Shown piece after piece: positions 1-11,303 of a stretch of DNA of 64,000 nucleotides; within the stretch, counting starts at the first letter, position 1, and each line of letters starts with the position of its first letter. The notes under the pieces were generated by a model. The model was not told where the DNA came from and did not search any database. It was given only the letters and a program-made list of their open reading frames with translations. The translations under genes were made by a program, and so were the position numbers. Origin of the DNA: Bugula neritina. Its lineage: Eukaryota > Animalia > Bryozoa. The stretch spans positions 1,375,680-1,439,679 of the forward strand of contig OZ037767.1 of the NCBI GenBank assembly GCA_964035545.1, written 5' to 3'.

Positions 1-450
1 CAGTGAAAGTCAAGTCACCAACTAGGGATTATGCTAGTTTTGTGAACAGCTCTTAGAACAGCAAACACTAATGTTATACATAACATATGAGTAGTGTAAC
101 ACCTGAAATAGGAATACATGTTCCACGATATATATACACCCAACATAAGCACTAAATATCTGCAGAAATATACCACCATTTATTGTTGTACATTGGCACT
201 TTTTCTCGGTGCTAGTTATTTTATAAATTATTATATAGTATGGAATTTCTCAATAACTTAAATTTTGAAATATTCAAGTTAAAACACATTTGTTTATGTA
301 TTTCTATTTTGATCTAACAATTCAATTCATATGCAATGGTCAGTATGAAATCAATAATTTAAGTGTAGTCAGTTGATTTTAATCTGAGTAAGTTATATCA
401 ACGGTTTATTGAGTGTTAGTATTACTATACTGAGTCACATGTCTGTACAG

Positions 451-3400
451 AGACCCAGTACCATCAGGGTGGACAACATGGACCGGCCTGTACAGGATTC
501 ACACATAGTACGATACCCCCAGATCCTACATTACTCCAGAATCAACGAGTCTCTCTCAGTTCCAGACAGTAAAGAATGCCGAACACTACTTAAACGGAGA
601 AAGAAGCTGCATAAAGTACTCAGTATGTATACAACTTACGTGTCAACTCAGTATGTATACAACTTACGTGTCAACTCAGTATGTATACAACTTACGTGTC
701 AACTCAGTATGTATACAACTTACGTGTCAAACCTGCAAGCCAGTCATATAATTACTGTATCAGGACAGCTCTAACATATATAATTCCTGTATCAGGACAG
801 CTCTAACACACATATAATTACTGTATCAGGACACCTCTAACACATATATAATTACTGTATCAGGACAGCTCTAACCCACATATAATTCCTGTATCAGGGC
901 AGCTCTAACACACATATAATTCCTGTATCAGGGCAGCTCTAACATATATATAATTCCTGTATCAGGGCAGCTCTAACATATATAATTCCTGTATCAGGAC
1001 AGCTCTAACACACATATAATTCCTGTATCAGGGCAGCTCTAACACACATATAATTCCTGTATCAGGGCAGCTCTAACATATATATAATTCCTGTATCAGG
1101 GCAGCTCTAACATATATAATTCCTGTATCAGGACAGCTCTAACACACATATAATTACTGTATCAGGACACCTCTAACACATATATAATTACTGTATCAGG
1201 ACAGCTCTAACACACATATAATTCCTGTATCAGGACAGCTCTAACTCTTCTGGTATTTCTGCAGATAGAAGGGCCATCAGTAGAGCCGACATGCAGAAAT
1301 ATTTAACTGATCTGCAGTCAGTGCAGCAAAAACTGCAGCAGCTGAAAGCTCAAGGTGCTGGTGACGGGTAAGTGGTTACAGTGTGTCATGTGACAGTGTG
1401 ACATGTCACAGCAAGTCATATTAATCATTGTTTGCTATGTATATACAACTGATGTTTTATATTGGTAATCATCTATTGCTTGCTACAGTATTTACTGTGT
1501 GACAATGTGACGTGACAATGTGATGTGATGTGACAGGTGCAGCACCAAAGAGCCCCTGATAGAGCTCAGCTCCCAGGGGTTCTTCTCCACGGGACTCAGG
1601 GCTGATGTGACTCAGTGGTCCCTCATCATTCCCAAGATTGTAGACAACGTGAGGTTTGTTCAATCTCTCAGCATCCTGCAGGACAACATGGACTATAAGT
1701 TCCAGAACCCCTTCTACTTGCAAGTGAGTGTCACTCTACTTTCTACCTGCAAGTGAGTGTCTACCTGCAGGTAGAAAGTAGAGCGAATTGTTGCAGAGAG
1801 TTGCCAATATATCCAAAAAGATGCTAACATTATTACAGTAGATATTACTTGGTGCCAGCGTCTATTATAATGGTTAAAGTATAGTGTAAGGTCATGAGGA
1901 TGAAAGTATGTAATTCTGTGGCGAGGGTTAAAAGTTTGAATAAACATTTCATCAAATAGCATTCAAGTGATTCCAATATAAACATTTATTTATATTACCT
2001 ACTTTGACGGAGAATGAGTTGAACTGATGGGAGTCACAAAAGTGTGTCCCAAAGGGGAGACAATCTGCTATTCCGTCTTACTTAGGCCTAGCTATTTTTA
2101 ATTTTGCTACAAATCATGTTTATCGATAGCTCGCGTTGACCCACCCGTCCTACATCAGTTGTGCGTCACTGAATCAAGACCACATCAGAAATACTCAGAC
2201 TAACTGTGGACTAAGGAAGCCGGAGTTTGGGAGTTACCCGGTGTACAAGGAGCTGCGGGTGAAGAAGAAAGGTAACCTGTGCTTCACCTTCTAACCTGTA
2301 TGAGTTCATGTAGTATAGATACACTGTAGGCTTTATATCGCAGACCTCTAAGTAGTTTGTATATTGTAGGACTAAAGACACTGTTAGAGATCATGTCTCT
2401 CAAGTACAGGCAGTACACAGGGCCCATCTATAGTTACGAGAGACTGGAGTATTTGGGAGACGCCGTCCTCGAGTTTCTTACTACGTAAGTCAGTTTACTA
2501 CGCACTGTGTTGTGTTACTACGCACTGTGTTGTGTTACTACGCACTGTGTATTACTACGCAGTGTGTTACTACGCAGTGTGTTACTACGCACTGTGTTGT
2601 ATTACTACGCAGGGTATTACTACGCAGTGTGTAGCAAAGCATGTAGTGTGATAGTTGATAAAGTTATCTTCACATTAAATATGGCGGCTCTGAACACATT
2701 TATGAGTTATAAAATCACTGAACCTAAAATAAGACTATCTTCAGAGTTGACATGGCAAGGCAAGTGTGCCAAATGTGTGGCTAACTAACCAGGGAGGCAG
2801 ATTTGCTGGAACACCGCGTAGACATTGAAGTAGAGCGGGAAGTGTTGATGCCATGAGCTGTTTGTCTCTATTATCAAGACGCTGACCGCTGACTCGGCAT
2901 TGTGTTGTAGTGTTCACCTGTATTTCACTTTCCCCAAGTTGGAGGAAGGAGGGCTGGCTACCTTCAGAACTGCTCTCATTAGAAATGAACATTTAACTCA
3001 GTTATCAAAGGTATACATGTACACTTAAACTGTGCTGTAGCATCCTCATGCATGTGTAGCACACTGTACGTGTAGCACACTGTACGTGTAGCACACTGTA
3101 CGTGTAGCATACTGTACGTATGTATTGTTAGTGTGCTGTGGTAGTGCTAGAATAATAGTCTAGAATTTCATATATCTGTTCCTTAGCACTAGTCAGTAAA
3201 TATTCCATTCATATATTCACTAATTTCTATCACTAGTCGTATGATTTCCTGAGTAAATCTAACTTGAAAAGCTTGTTCCTTTGTACAGGAGGCAACATAG
3301 CAGTTTAATATCATTGTGAAAGTTGTTATTCTGATTTGTACTGTGCCTACAGCTACTCGGGGTACAGCACTACGTACTCTACGCTCACGGCGTGGACTTG

Positions 3401-6400
3401 TGTTCGTCAGTCCAGTTTGATCACACTTTAGCCAATGCCTTTGAAGCTATTCTAGGTAAGTATTGTCTGTGGATTTGTCTTTGTTGTATTGTGTTTTTAT
3501 TTTGCAATATATTTAAATTCTATATAATCAACTGATCTACTGCTGTTTTGCTTTTCATTATGCGTACTTTTATTTTTTATAATTGAACATCATTTATAGT
3601 TTGATTACCAATGTAGTCATGTTGTATGTAATATACTATACAGTAATATGAATATAATATAGTACTATACTAATATATACTATAGTATATAATAATATAC
3701 TATACAGTAATATGAATATAATATAATACTATACATATCTATTGTGTATATATTACCATCTATGCGGTATTATTTCTGTCATATATGTAACCTCTATGTT
3801 GTAATATCTGGATGTATAATTACTATAAATGTCACGATACTTTGCCAGCTGTATTGTTGGCAGTTGTATTGAAAGTTTAGCCAAGTTTGTTTAAATATAA
3901 AGCAATTATTTTGCAACACTGGTTGTGTAAGTATAAGTTTTGGTGTTTTGGCACAAAATGCACATCATCGTTATTGTAACGTCACGCTGTATTTCAGGTG
4001 CAGTATTTCTTGACGGTGGTTTAGAAGCTGCCGATAAATTTCTCTCTAAGTTGCTGTCGAAATCACTTGACTTTGCTGAGTTTTCACCTTGTTGGGATAA
4101 GCTGCCCCCTCATCCTCTACAGGTATATAATACTACATTGTATACTCTCTACACAACCTCTACAGCTAGTCTACACTGTATCATATATACTCTCTACACA
4201 ACCTCTACAGCTAGTCTACAATGTATCATATATACTCTCTACACAACCTCTACAGCTAGTCTACAATGTATCATATATACTGTCTACACAACCTCCTCTC
4301 TTGGCAGGAGTTATATCCGAGTGGGGACAGGAAGTTGATAGAAGGCACTCCCGGACTAAAGAGATGCACGGAGTTTGAAGAGCTCACCGGCCTCCGATTT
4401 AACCACATCTCTCTGTTGGCTCGAGCTCTGACTCACAGTAGTTCTGGTTACACAGACTTTGCCCAGTATGTCACTCATTCTATGCTTACTGTGTAGTACT
4501 GTCAGGCTACCATGTTTCTACTTGGGATATATTACCTATTTCAACATAATTCTGTAAATAACTAAATATTAATTAAATTAGCTGTTGTGTCTGGAATCTG
4601 GTTAAACATAGTCCATCATTAGTTGAGTTGGTGTTTGTAGTTTGTGTCAATCACTGCATTTCCATGAAGGCGAATGAATGCGTACGGATGCCCGTACGGA
4701 TTACATCGAAGGAAAAACACCACGTTCCTATGCAATCCGTACGAAGTTATCTTCTCTTTGCAACTGTGACGGCTGAACTAAAATGATAATTAATATGGCC
4801 AACTTTGAGTTTGAGTTCATGCACAACGACAGTTTTTTAATTCTGTCTCCATTTTTGATAGATTAAATCAACTAAATACACAAACTTTGAGTCAGTTTAT
4901 TTAAAATAAAAAAACCATAAACCAATGAAAGCATAAAGTATTTCTTGATCGATAAACTAAAGCTTAAAAGTAATTCAAATTTTCAAAATGAAAAAAGCTG
5001 TCAACTTATTTTTAGCTTGAGAAAGCTTTGGCTTGCGGAATAGTTTTACAAATTTAAGATGATTAGTGATTATTCTAAAGAATAGCAGCTAGGATAAATA
5101 AAATAATTTAAATTTTTAAAAGTCGAAGTACACTTTAGCGTAGGTTGTAACTTATAATTATTGTTTACATCGCGTAACTATGTAACTAAGCGCCACAAAT
5201 GCTGATCTCTGTCTCCGACACAAAAGGTTTCATTCGATTTAACCGAAGGAACCATTTCCATGATGCGCATAATGCGAAGGAACATTTTCATCGAAGGAGC
5301 CGTTCGGTGTAATTTCCGGCTGCGGTTTTGCTTCGATGCAGCTGTTTCCATAGGGCGAATGAGAAAATCCATTCGCATAATGCGATAATGGAAACGCAGT
5401 GACTGTGTAACTAATACTACTCTGTTACTAATACTAATAGTACTCTGTTGTTACTAATACTATTAGCACTTTAGTGTAACTATGTAAACAGTACTACTAG
5501 TACCCTGCTGTTACTAATACTATTAGTACTTTAGTGTAACTATGTAAACAGTACTGCCAGTACCCTGCTGTTACTAATACTATTAGTACTTTAGTGTAAC
5601 TATGTAAACAGTACTGCCAGTACCCTGCTGTTACTAATACTATTAGTACTTTAGTGTAACCATGTAAACAGTACTGCCAGTACCCTGCTGTTACTAATAC
5701 TATTAGTACTTTAGTGTAACTATGTAAACAGTACTGCCAGTACCCTGCTGTTACTATGGTGTAAGTGTTTTATTGTTACACTATTCAGGGGTAACAATCA
5801 GACACTAGAGTTCCTTGGTGACAGCGTGCTGCAGCTGGTGGTATCCGACTATCTCTATAAGAAATATCCTAACCACCACGAAGGCCATCTCACTGTATGT
5901 ATCTCATAATTTTTCTCTCCTCTTTAAACTCAGATTAAATTTTAAATTATTTCAGCTAAGAATGTAAATTTCAATAAATTCTGATATATGCTCAAGTAGA
6001 CTGATTCACATACCCGTGACACTTATTAAGCATATGACATAATAATTCATCATTTTGACAGATATTTAAAATAGTTCACTGGGTGATTAAAATACATGTG
6101 TATAATTAGTGTGCTGTGATGAATAATCTAGTGTACCATATGCTGATTGGCCGAATGTAGTGTCACATGTTTTGCTGTCTATTTTCTCTAAACTGCTGAC
6201 TGTTTCTAAACAGCTTCTCCGAAGTTCGCTAGTCAACAACGAGACGCAGGCCGAGATTTTCAAGGACATCGGAATCGCCAAGTTTATATACCGGAAGTTG
6301 ACTACTGAGATTCAGACTAAGGAAAGGGCCGACTACGTCGAAGGTACAGTATTGAACTTCTCCCCACCGCCCTTTGGATTTTACTAACTGCATTACTTTT

Positions 6401-6991
6401 CACAACTGTTTGAATATAAATTAAAGCGGCATAGCTAAAATATATTTTTCTAGTGTTTTAATTTTCCTGCAATATGTTATTGCTAATGAAGAATTCACAG
6501 TAGAGCACCCTTTTCTATCCACCTCTTGATAGAATACCCCTCTCTATCCACCTCTTATTGATAGAATACCCCTCTCTATCCACCCCTTATTGATAGAATA
6601 CCCCTTCATATCTGCTCTTCACTCACCAGCATATGAAGCTAATCATTTAGTATTATATTTTCAGCTCTACTCGGTGCCCTGTTTGTTGACCAAGGTCTGC
6701 TTTCATGTAAAGCTTTCTGTAAAGCCTTGTTCTTTCCACGTCTCAAGGTACGTATCAGCTCAGTATATAACAGCTGTTTTATACTCTCTGATCTCTATAC
6801 TCTCTGATTTCCATAGTAGTATTTCGAGCTACTCTGTTAACTAGTTGAGTTGTGTTCTCTTATCCAGGAGACTATAGAGAACCAAGACTGGAATGATGCC
6901 AAATCTCTTCTTCAACAGTGCTGCCTGGAGTTGAGGGACTTGAACTCATCCGGTGACCCCCATTTGCCTGTTTATAAGTGAGTCACTAGTG

Positions 6992-7028
<37 letters not shown>

Positions 7029-7064
7029 CAGTACTAGTAGTAGTAGCAGCAGCAGTAGCAGTAC

Positions 7065-7115
<51 letters not shown>

Positions 7116-7289
7116 CACTAGCAGTAGTAGTACTAGTAGTATTAGTTGTAGTAATAGTAGCAGTAGCACTAGCAGTACTAGTAGTGGCAGTACTAGTAGT
7201 AGCAGTACTAGTAGTAGCAGTACTAGTGGTAGTACTAGTAGTAGCAGTAGCAGTACTAGTAGTAGTAGTAGTAATAGCAGTAGCAGTAC

Positions 7290-7343
<54 letters not shown>

Positions 7344-8286
7344 CAGCAGTAGCAGTAGTAGTAGCAGTAGTAGTAGTTATAAAGTCTCTCCTCTGCACAG
7401 GGTGGTGGGCCAGCAGGGACCAACCCACAAGATGCTGTTCAAGGTGGCGGTTTACTTCAAGGACCAGAGAATAGGAGTTGGTGAAGAGAAGAGCATCCAG
7501 AAAGCCCAGTTTGAGGCAGCAAAGAATGCGTTGGACACGAATCGGAGTGAGTTTCGGATTATTACTTCACGTCATGACATTCACTCAATCTTTCAATATT
7601 TAATGCTGTTTTTTTTAATTTCCAATGTGTTATAAACATTTCAATTTTATTCCTAATTATCATTCACCATAAAGGAGGTAGTAAACTTGTACTGTATGCA
7701 CTGTGTGTGATATGGTATGAGTTGACACATTGTATGCTGATACATTGTAAGTATGTTGATACATTGTAAACATGCTGATACATTATAACTATGCTGACAC
7801 ATTGTAGGCATGTTCCCTATGCTGTTACCTGGCACTAACAAACTGATGACCAATGTTAGCTCCGCCCAGGTCAGGCAGCTCCAGCGTAAACTAGCGAGCC
7901 GTAAGAAAGACGCGCATGCACTCACACACATGGAGGTAGGTTATTGAAGCTCTCTGTCTTGTATTCTCTATCCCTTCTTTACTAGTATGTGTTCTGTGAT
8001 TGGCTGAAAGATGATTACCTCACAGATTACCTAACAGCTTATTCCCTGCAAAGGAATGTGCTTCACACTGCATTTTATCAATACGAAATTATACATTATA
8101 TTTAGGCTAAATATAGACAGTCTTGGAAAGGTGCCAGATGTTTCATTCTAGCTTAGGGCTGCAGGTTTAGCTAATCTCTACTCCATATAGTATAATATCA
8201 TAGTTCAGTCTATTGCCACATTCTTCTTGCATGCCTTTTATTGAGTTGAAAATATATCTTCTTATTTTCAGTCATACTGGAACTGA
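451..8286 (+). CDS. DROSHA: Drosha (class 2 RNase III of Microprocessor), 5'-partial; exons 451-622, 1265-1367, 1537-1723, 2130-2271, 2370-2484, 2911-3010, 3353-3455, 3998-4122, 4308-4465, 5789-5894, 6214-6343, 6665-6747, 6868-6977, 7401-7546, 7808-7935, 8272-8286
   Basis: GT-AG exons join in frame: [12 protein letters not shown]...[17 protein letters not shown]...LALTHPSY...[17 protein letters not shown] (RIIIDa)...LYAHGVDLC...[10 protein letters not shown]...[11 protein letters not shown] (RIIIDb)...[16 protein letters not shown]...ADYVE...[16 protein letters not shown]...[14 protein letters not shown] (dsRBD). This is colinear with the recalled animal Drosha sequence. The last two exons are less certain. 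Confidence 0.95.
618..730 (+). repeat. 28-bp minisatellite x4 spanning a Drosha splice donor
   Basis: ACTCA|GTATGTATACAACTTACGTGTCA starts at 618, 646, 674 and 702; the first unit contains the predicted donor at 623. Confidence 0.95.
745..1245 (+). repeat. 32-34-bp minisatellite x15 in a Drosha intron
   Basis: Unit CATATAATT(A/C)CTGTATCAGG(A/G)CA(G/C)CTCTAAC...; the TGTATCAGG core recurs 15 times from 756 to 1226. Confidence 0.95.
2478..2632 (+). repeat. 15-20-bp minisatellite (~8 units) seeded by exon-end TTACTACG
   Basis: Units TTACTACGCA(C/G)TGTG... follow the donor at 2485; TTACTAC|G is the exon end itself. Confidence 0.85.
3054..3118 (+). repeat. 16-bp tandem repeat x4
   Basis: GTGTAGCACACTGTAC repeated in a Drosha intron. 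Confidence 0.85.
4141..4295 (+). repeat. 45-bp minisatellite x3.5 filling a Drosha intron
   Basis: CTCTCTACACAACCTCTACAGCTAGTCTACA(C/A)TGTATCATATATA at 4145, 4190, 4235, partial at 4280; contains CCTCTACAG, identical to the upstream exon end. Confidence 0.9.
4652..5401. mobile_element. Non-autonomous DNA transposon (MITE-like), ~750 bp, CAC...GTG termini
   Basis: Terminal inverted repeats CACTGCATTTCCAT / ATGGAAACGCAGTG; GC-richer subterminal regions around an AT-rich core; 3-bp flanks AAT/ACT (imperfect TSD); no transposase ORF. Confidence 0.7.
5450..5756 (+). repeat. 60-bp minisatellite x5
   Basis: GTTACTAATACTATTAGTACTTTAGTGTAACTATGTAAACAGTACTGCCAGTACCCTGCT; five near-identical consecutive 60-nt lines. 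Confidence 0.95.
6500..6606 (+). repeat. ~30-32-bp tandem repeat x3.5
   Basis: GATAGAATACCCCTCTCTATCCACCTCTTATT-like units in a Drosha intron. Confidence 0.8.
6987..7377 (+). repeat. (GTA)n compound microsatellite filling a Drosha intron
   Basis: About 390 bp of GTA with GCA/CTA/GTG variants, between donor 6978 and acceptor 7400. Confidence 0.97.
7720..7815 (+). repeat. ~19-bp degenerate tandem repeat x5 overlapping a Drosha acceptor
   Basis: ATG(C/T)TGA(T/C)ACATTGTA units; the last reads ATGCTGACACATTGTAG|GCATG and supplies the predicted AG (7806-7807). Confidence 0.7.
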
Positions 8287-11200
8287 GACGACCCTGGCTA
8301 TTGGCACTGAGACGGTCGCACTATTTCTGGTGTCTGTTATTTGAATATGTGGTGACATAGCACTAGTCCTAGCTTAGAGTTTCCTGTCCTATTTATACGC
8401 TTTTATTTTACTTCCTTTGTGATACTCGCAAATATTTCGTACAAACATTTAGACTGTTCTGTCCCAACATTTGATATATGTATTTTCTCAGCATATTATT
8501 ATAGTGTCTTTACACGTCTTTACACTTATACACGCAGTGTGTGCTTAACTTTTATACAAACTCTGTCTTCAATCATGAATTACATAATAAATTGTCTTTT
8601 TTCTTAATGTAAATAGACAGTTATGTTGCCTGCCGTATAATCATTGTAGCTCGAAGTTTCAAGTTTAGGAGCTTTAATATTAGGTAAATTTAATTGTCTA
8701 TCAAATATAAGTTGATTTTATTCCTCTTGAAGTACCACCTTTTGTTGATAAGTTTTTCAATAAACTGCATTTCATTGGCCTATAAAATGACATGAAGTTT
8801 TCAGTTTGCATAGAAGAGATTCATTTGTACATAGTTACAGTTAATATGCAGTAGAATACAGATAAAATTATATTTTCTGTGGTTTATATGGAGACTATGA
8901 CGTAGTGGCTGTCACATCAATTTTACTTGTCAAAGGTTTTTGTGCTATTAAGCCGAGATTTTCTAGCAACCTGTGGTTTTCTTATCTGATTAATATCTCA
9001 CTGGTGAAGTTGTAATATCTTCCCTTCACTTGGATAGATGGAATATTATTAATATAAACATAATTTCAATAATGGTAATTTAAAATTGGCATGATGCTCA
9101 CAAAACCATGACATAGCTTGGTGGCATTTATACAAAGCTGCTGTTTATACCATATATGGTTTATAGGTGCTGACATGTTCTTGTAAATCAAAGACTGGTG
9201 ATGCAACAGCTATGCTCATCAGGGTATACAGCTAGTTCAATGGAAACATATATTCACATTTGTTACCCAGTATTAAATATTAAATTCTCTTTCTTGATGA
9301 CATAATGATTATGACATCTTTGACATGAGGGTATTCAGTTAATAACTAGAACCGTCCAAAGTGAAGGAAGACATTTTGCCAGGAGTTAATAACTAATCCG
9401 GGAATAAAAATGGATAAGCTATTCTTATAGGAAAAAAGCTACTCTAATACGATAGTGTTGACAGTTGTAGTTGTGTTCAATATTCAGCTTTGGAGGTTGA
9501 TCACAAAGTACACTAAAATTTCTTGGGAAGAAGGTTACAGACTTCTACAGTAGTGAGGGGATTTATCTACTCGCTGTAACTCGCAACTTCTTTTTAAAGA
9601 GTGTGTTTTAGATTATTATAATTCACAGTAGGCTTATAGGGTTGTTATCCGTACATTCGTTTATAACAATTTTTCCATTAAATTTTGATACTGTATACTA
9701 CTGTATACTAATACTAATACTGTATACTATTAGGAATGTACATATTGTATCAGACTATATTATGAACATATGTATTACATCACATATTATATGATGTACT
9801 ATGTTATTTATAAAGGCAGTTACAAACTGAGGGACTGATGCATATAGACTGTATCAACATCCTGGCCCTGGTTCCATTGGGTCAATTATGTCAGAACTGT
9901 TCTAACTGTCCAAATGCACAATTTCATCTTTATTATGAGATTTTGCAAACACTGAGTGTTTATAACTCAAAAGTAGTAATACTTGTGCTGGTTTGAAATT
10001 GCAGGGTGTATATTTTAGTACGATGTGCACTTTTTATAGACAACTAACTAACTGATGATTAATCATTTCTTTCAAACAAATCAATATTCTTTGAGACAAG
10101 GAGTGACAAACAGGGAGTGAAAGCTTTTCCAGAATAGCAACAAATTTGTTTCTCTTACTAGTAATTTTCATAGCTAATAATGTGTTACACTTAGCAGTGT
10201 TGCAATATATTTAATATCCTATTTCGAAATTATTTCAAAGAGCTTTTGTACCAACTCTTGATTTACTACTGGCTTGTTCTTCAAAGGACTAGGCTATGAC
10301 AGCATAAGTTGTAGTGATGTCATATATATGCAGCATAGTTGTGATAGAAATAAGGAAAGCAAAAAATCCATGACACCATCATACCATCATATTGCACAAG
10401 TTCAACAGCCAGTGACAGTTAGTTGCTCTTTTATCTGTGAGATAAAATATTTTGTCACCCAGTATTTGTTCAACCACTTTAATGCTTGTGTTACTGTATA
10501 ACATTTTTCTACTTTATATCAAAATCTTCAATGTATTATGTAGTACTTCCTTGTATTTTTGATCATTTAAAAATATAATGTATATTGCAGATATCTAGCT
10601 CAATTGCAAATATATATAACTTTTAGATACATTTGATATGTTAACTTCAACTTTACATATTTTGTCAAAATCTTTAGTAATAATGCCTGATTTCTATCAT
10701 TTAATCATCTTTGGTTCTTATATAAGACTTTATTACCTTTCTATTCTATTTTCACTTATATGTAGATATTACTGGGCTAGCGACGTAAAGTTGGAGTTGC
10801 GAAACCTTACACAGAATCAAACACATCTGCCCCAAATATCACTTTACATAAAATTGGCCAAAAGCAGTGAGAATTGAATAAGTTTAGTTACACATGCAGT
10901 TGATTAAAGTAAGCATATCTTATGACATGAAGTATTCTCTTCACATTGCAGCATTTAGTGAATCAAAATTAACAGTAGGGACTGGTAAATTAGACTTATA
11001 TAGATAACAAAATGTTATTATACTCCAACATATTGCATAGTACTTAGTACACTATATTTGAGAGGGAGTTAAAATGATGCTAGTAGTTGTGTTCTCCTGT
11101 CGTTTGTTTGTCTGTTCACTCTGTGGCTCATCTTCTTCCTTTATAGCCTGAGTGATGCTGGGCTGCAATCACCATGACAACAAAAATCTCAAATACTTTT

Positions 11201-11303
11201 TTCCAGGAGTTACGCAATATTGCAACACTTAATATACTGAGTAGTTTTATAACATGAAATGCCTGAATGTGTAGTATTTTATGTTTAGAAGCTTCTTCAG
11301 CTG

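Noticed and set aside
6946-7474. Poly-Thr mucin-like, poly-Val and poly-Leu ORFs
   Set aside because: Translations of an intronic (GTA)n microsatellite bounded by Drosha splice sites.
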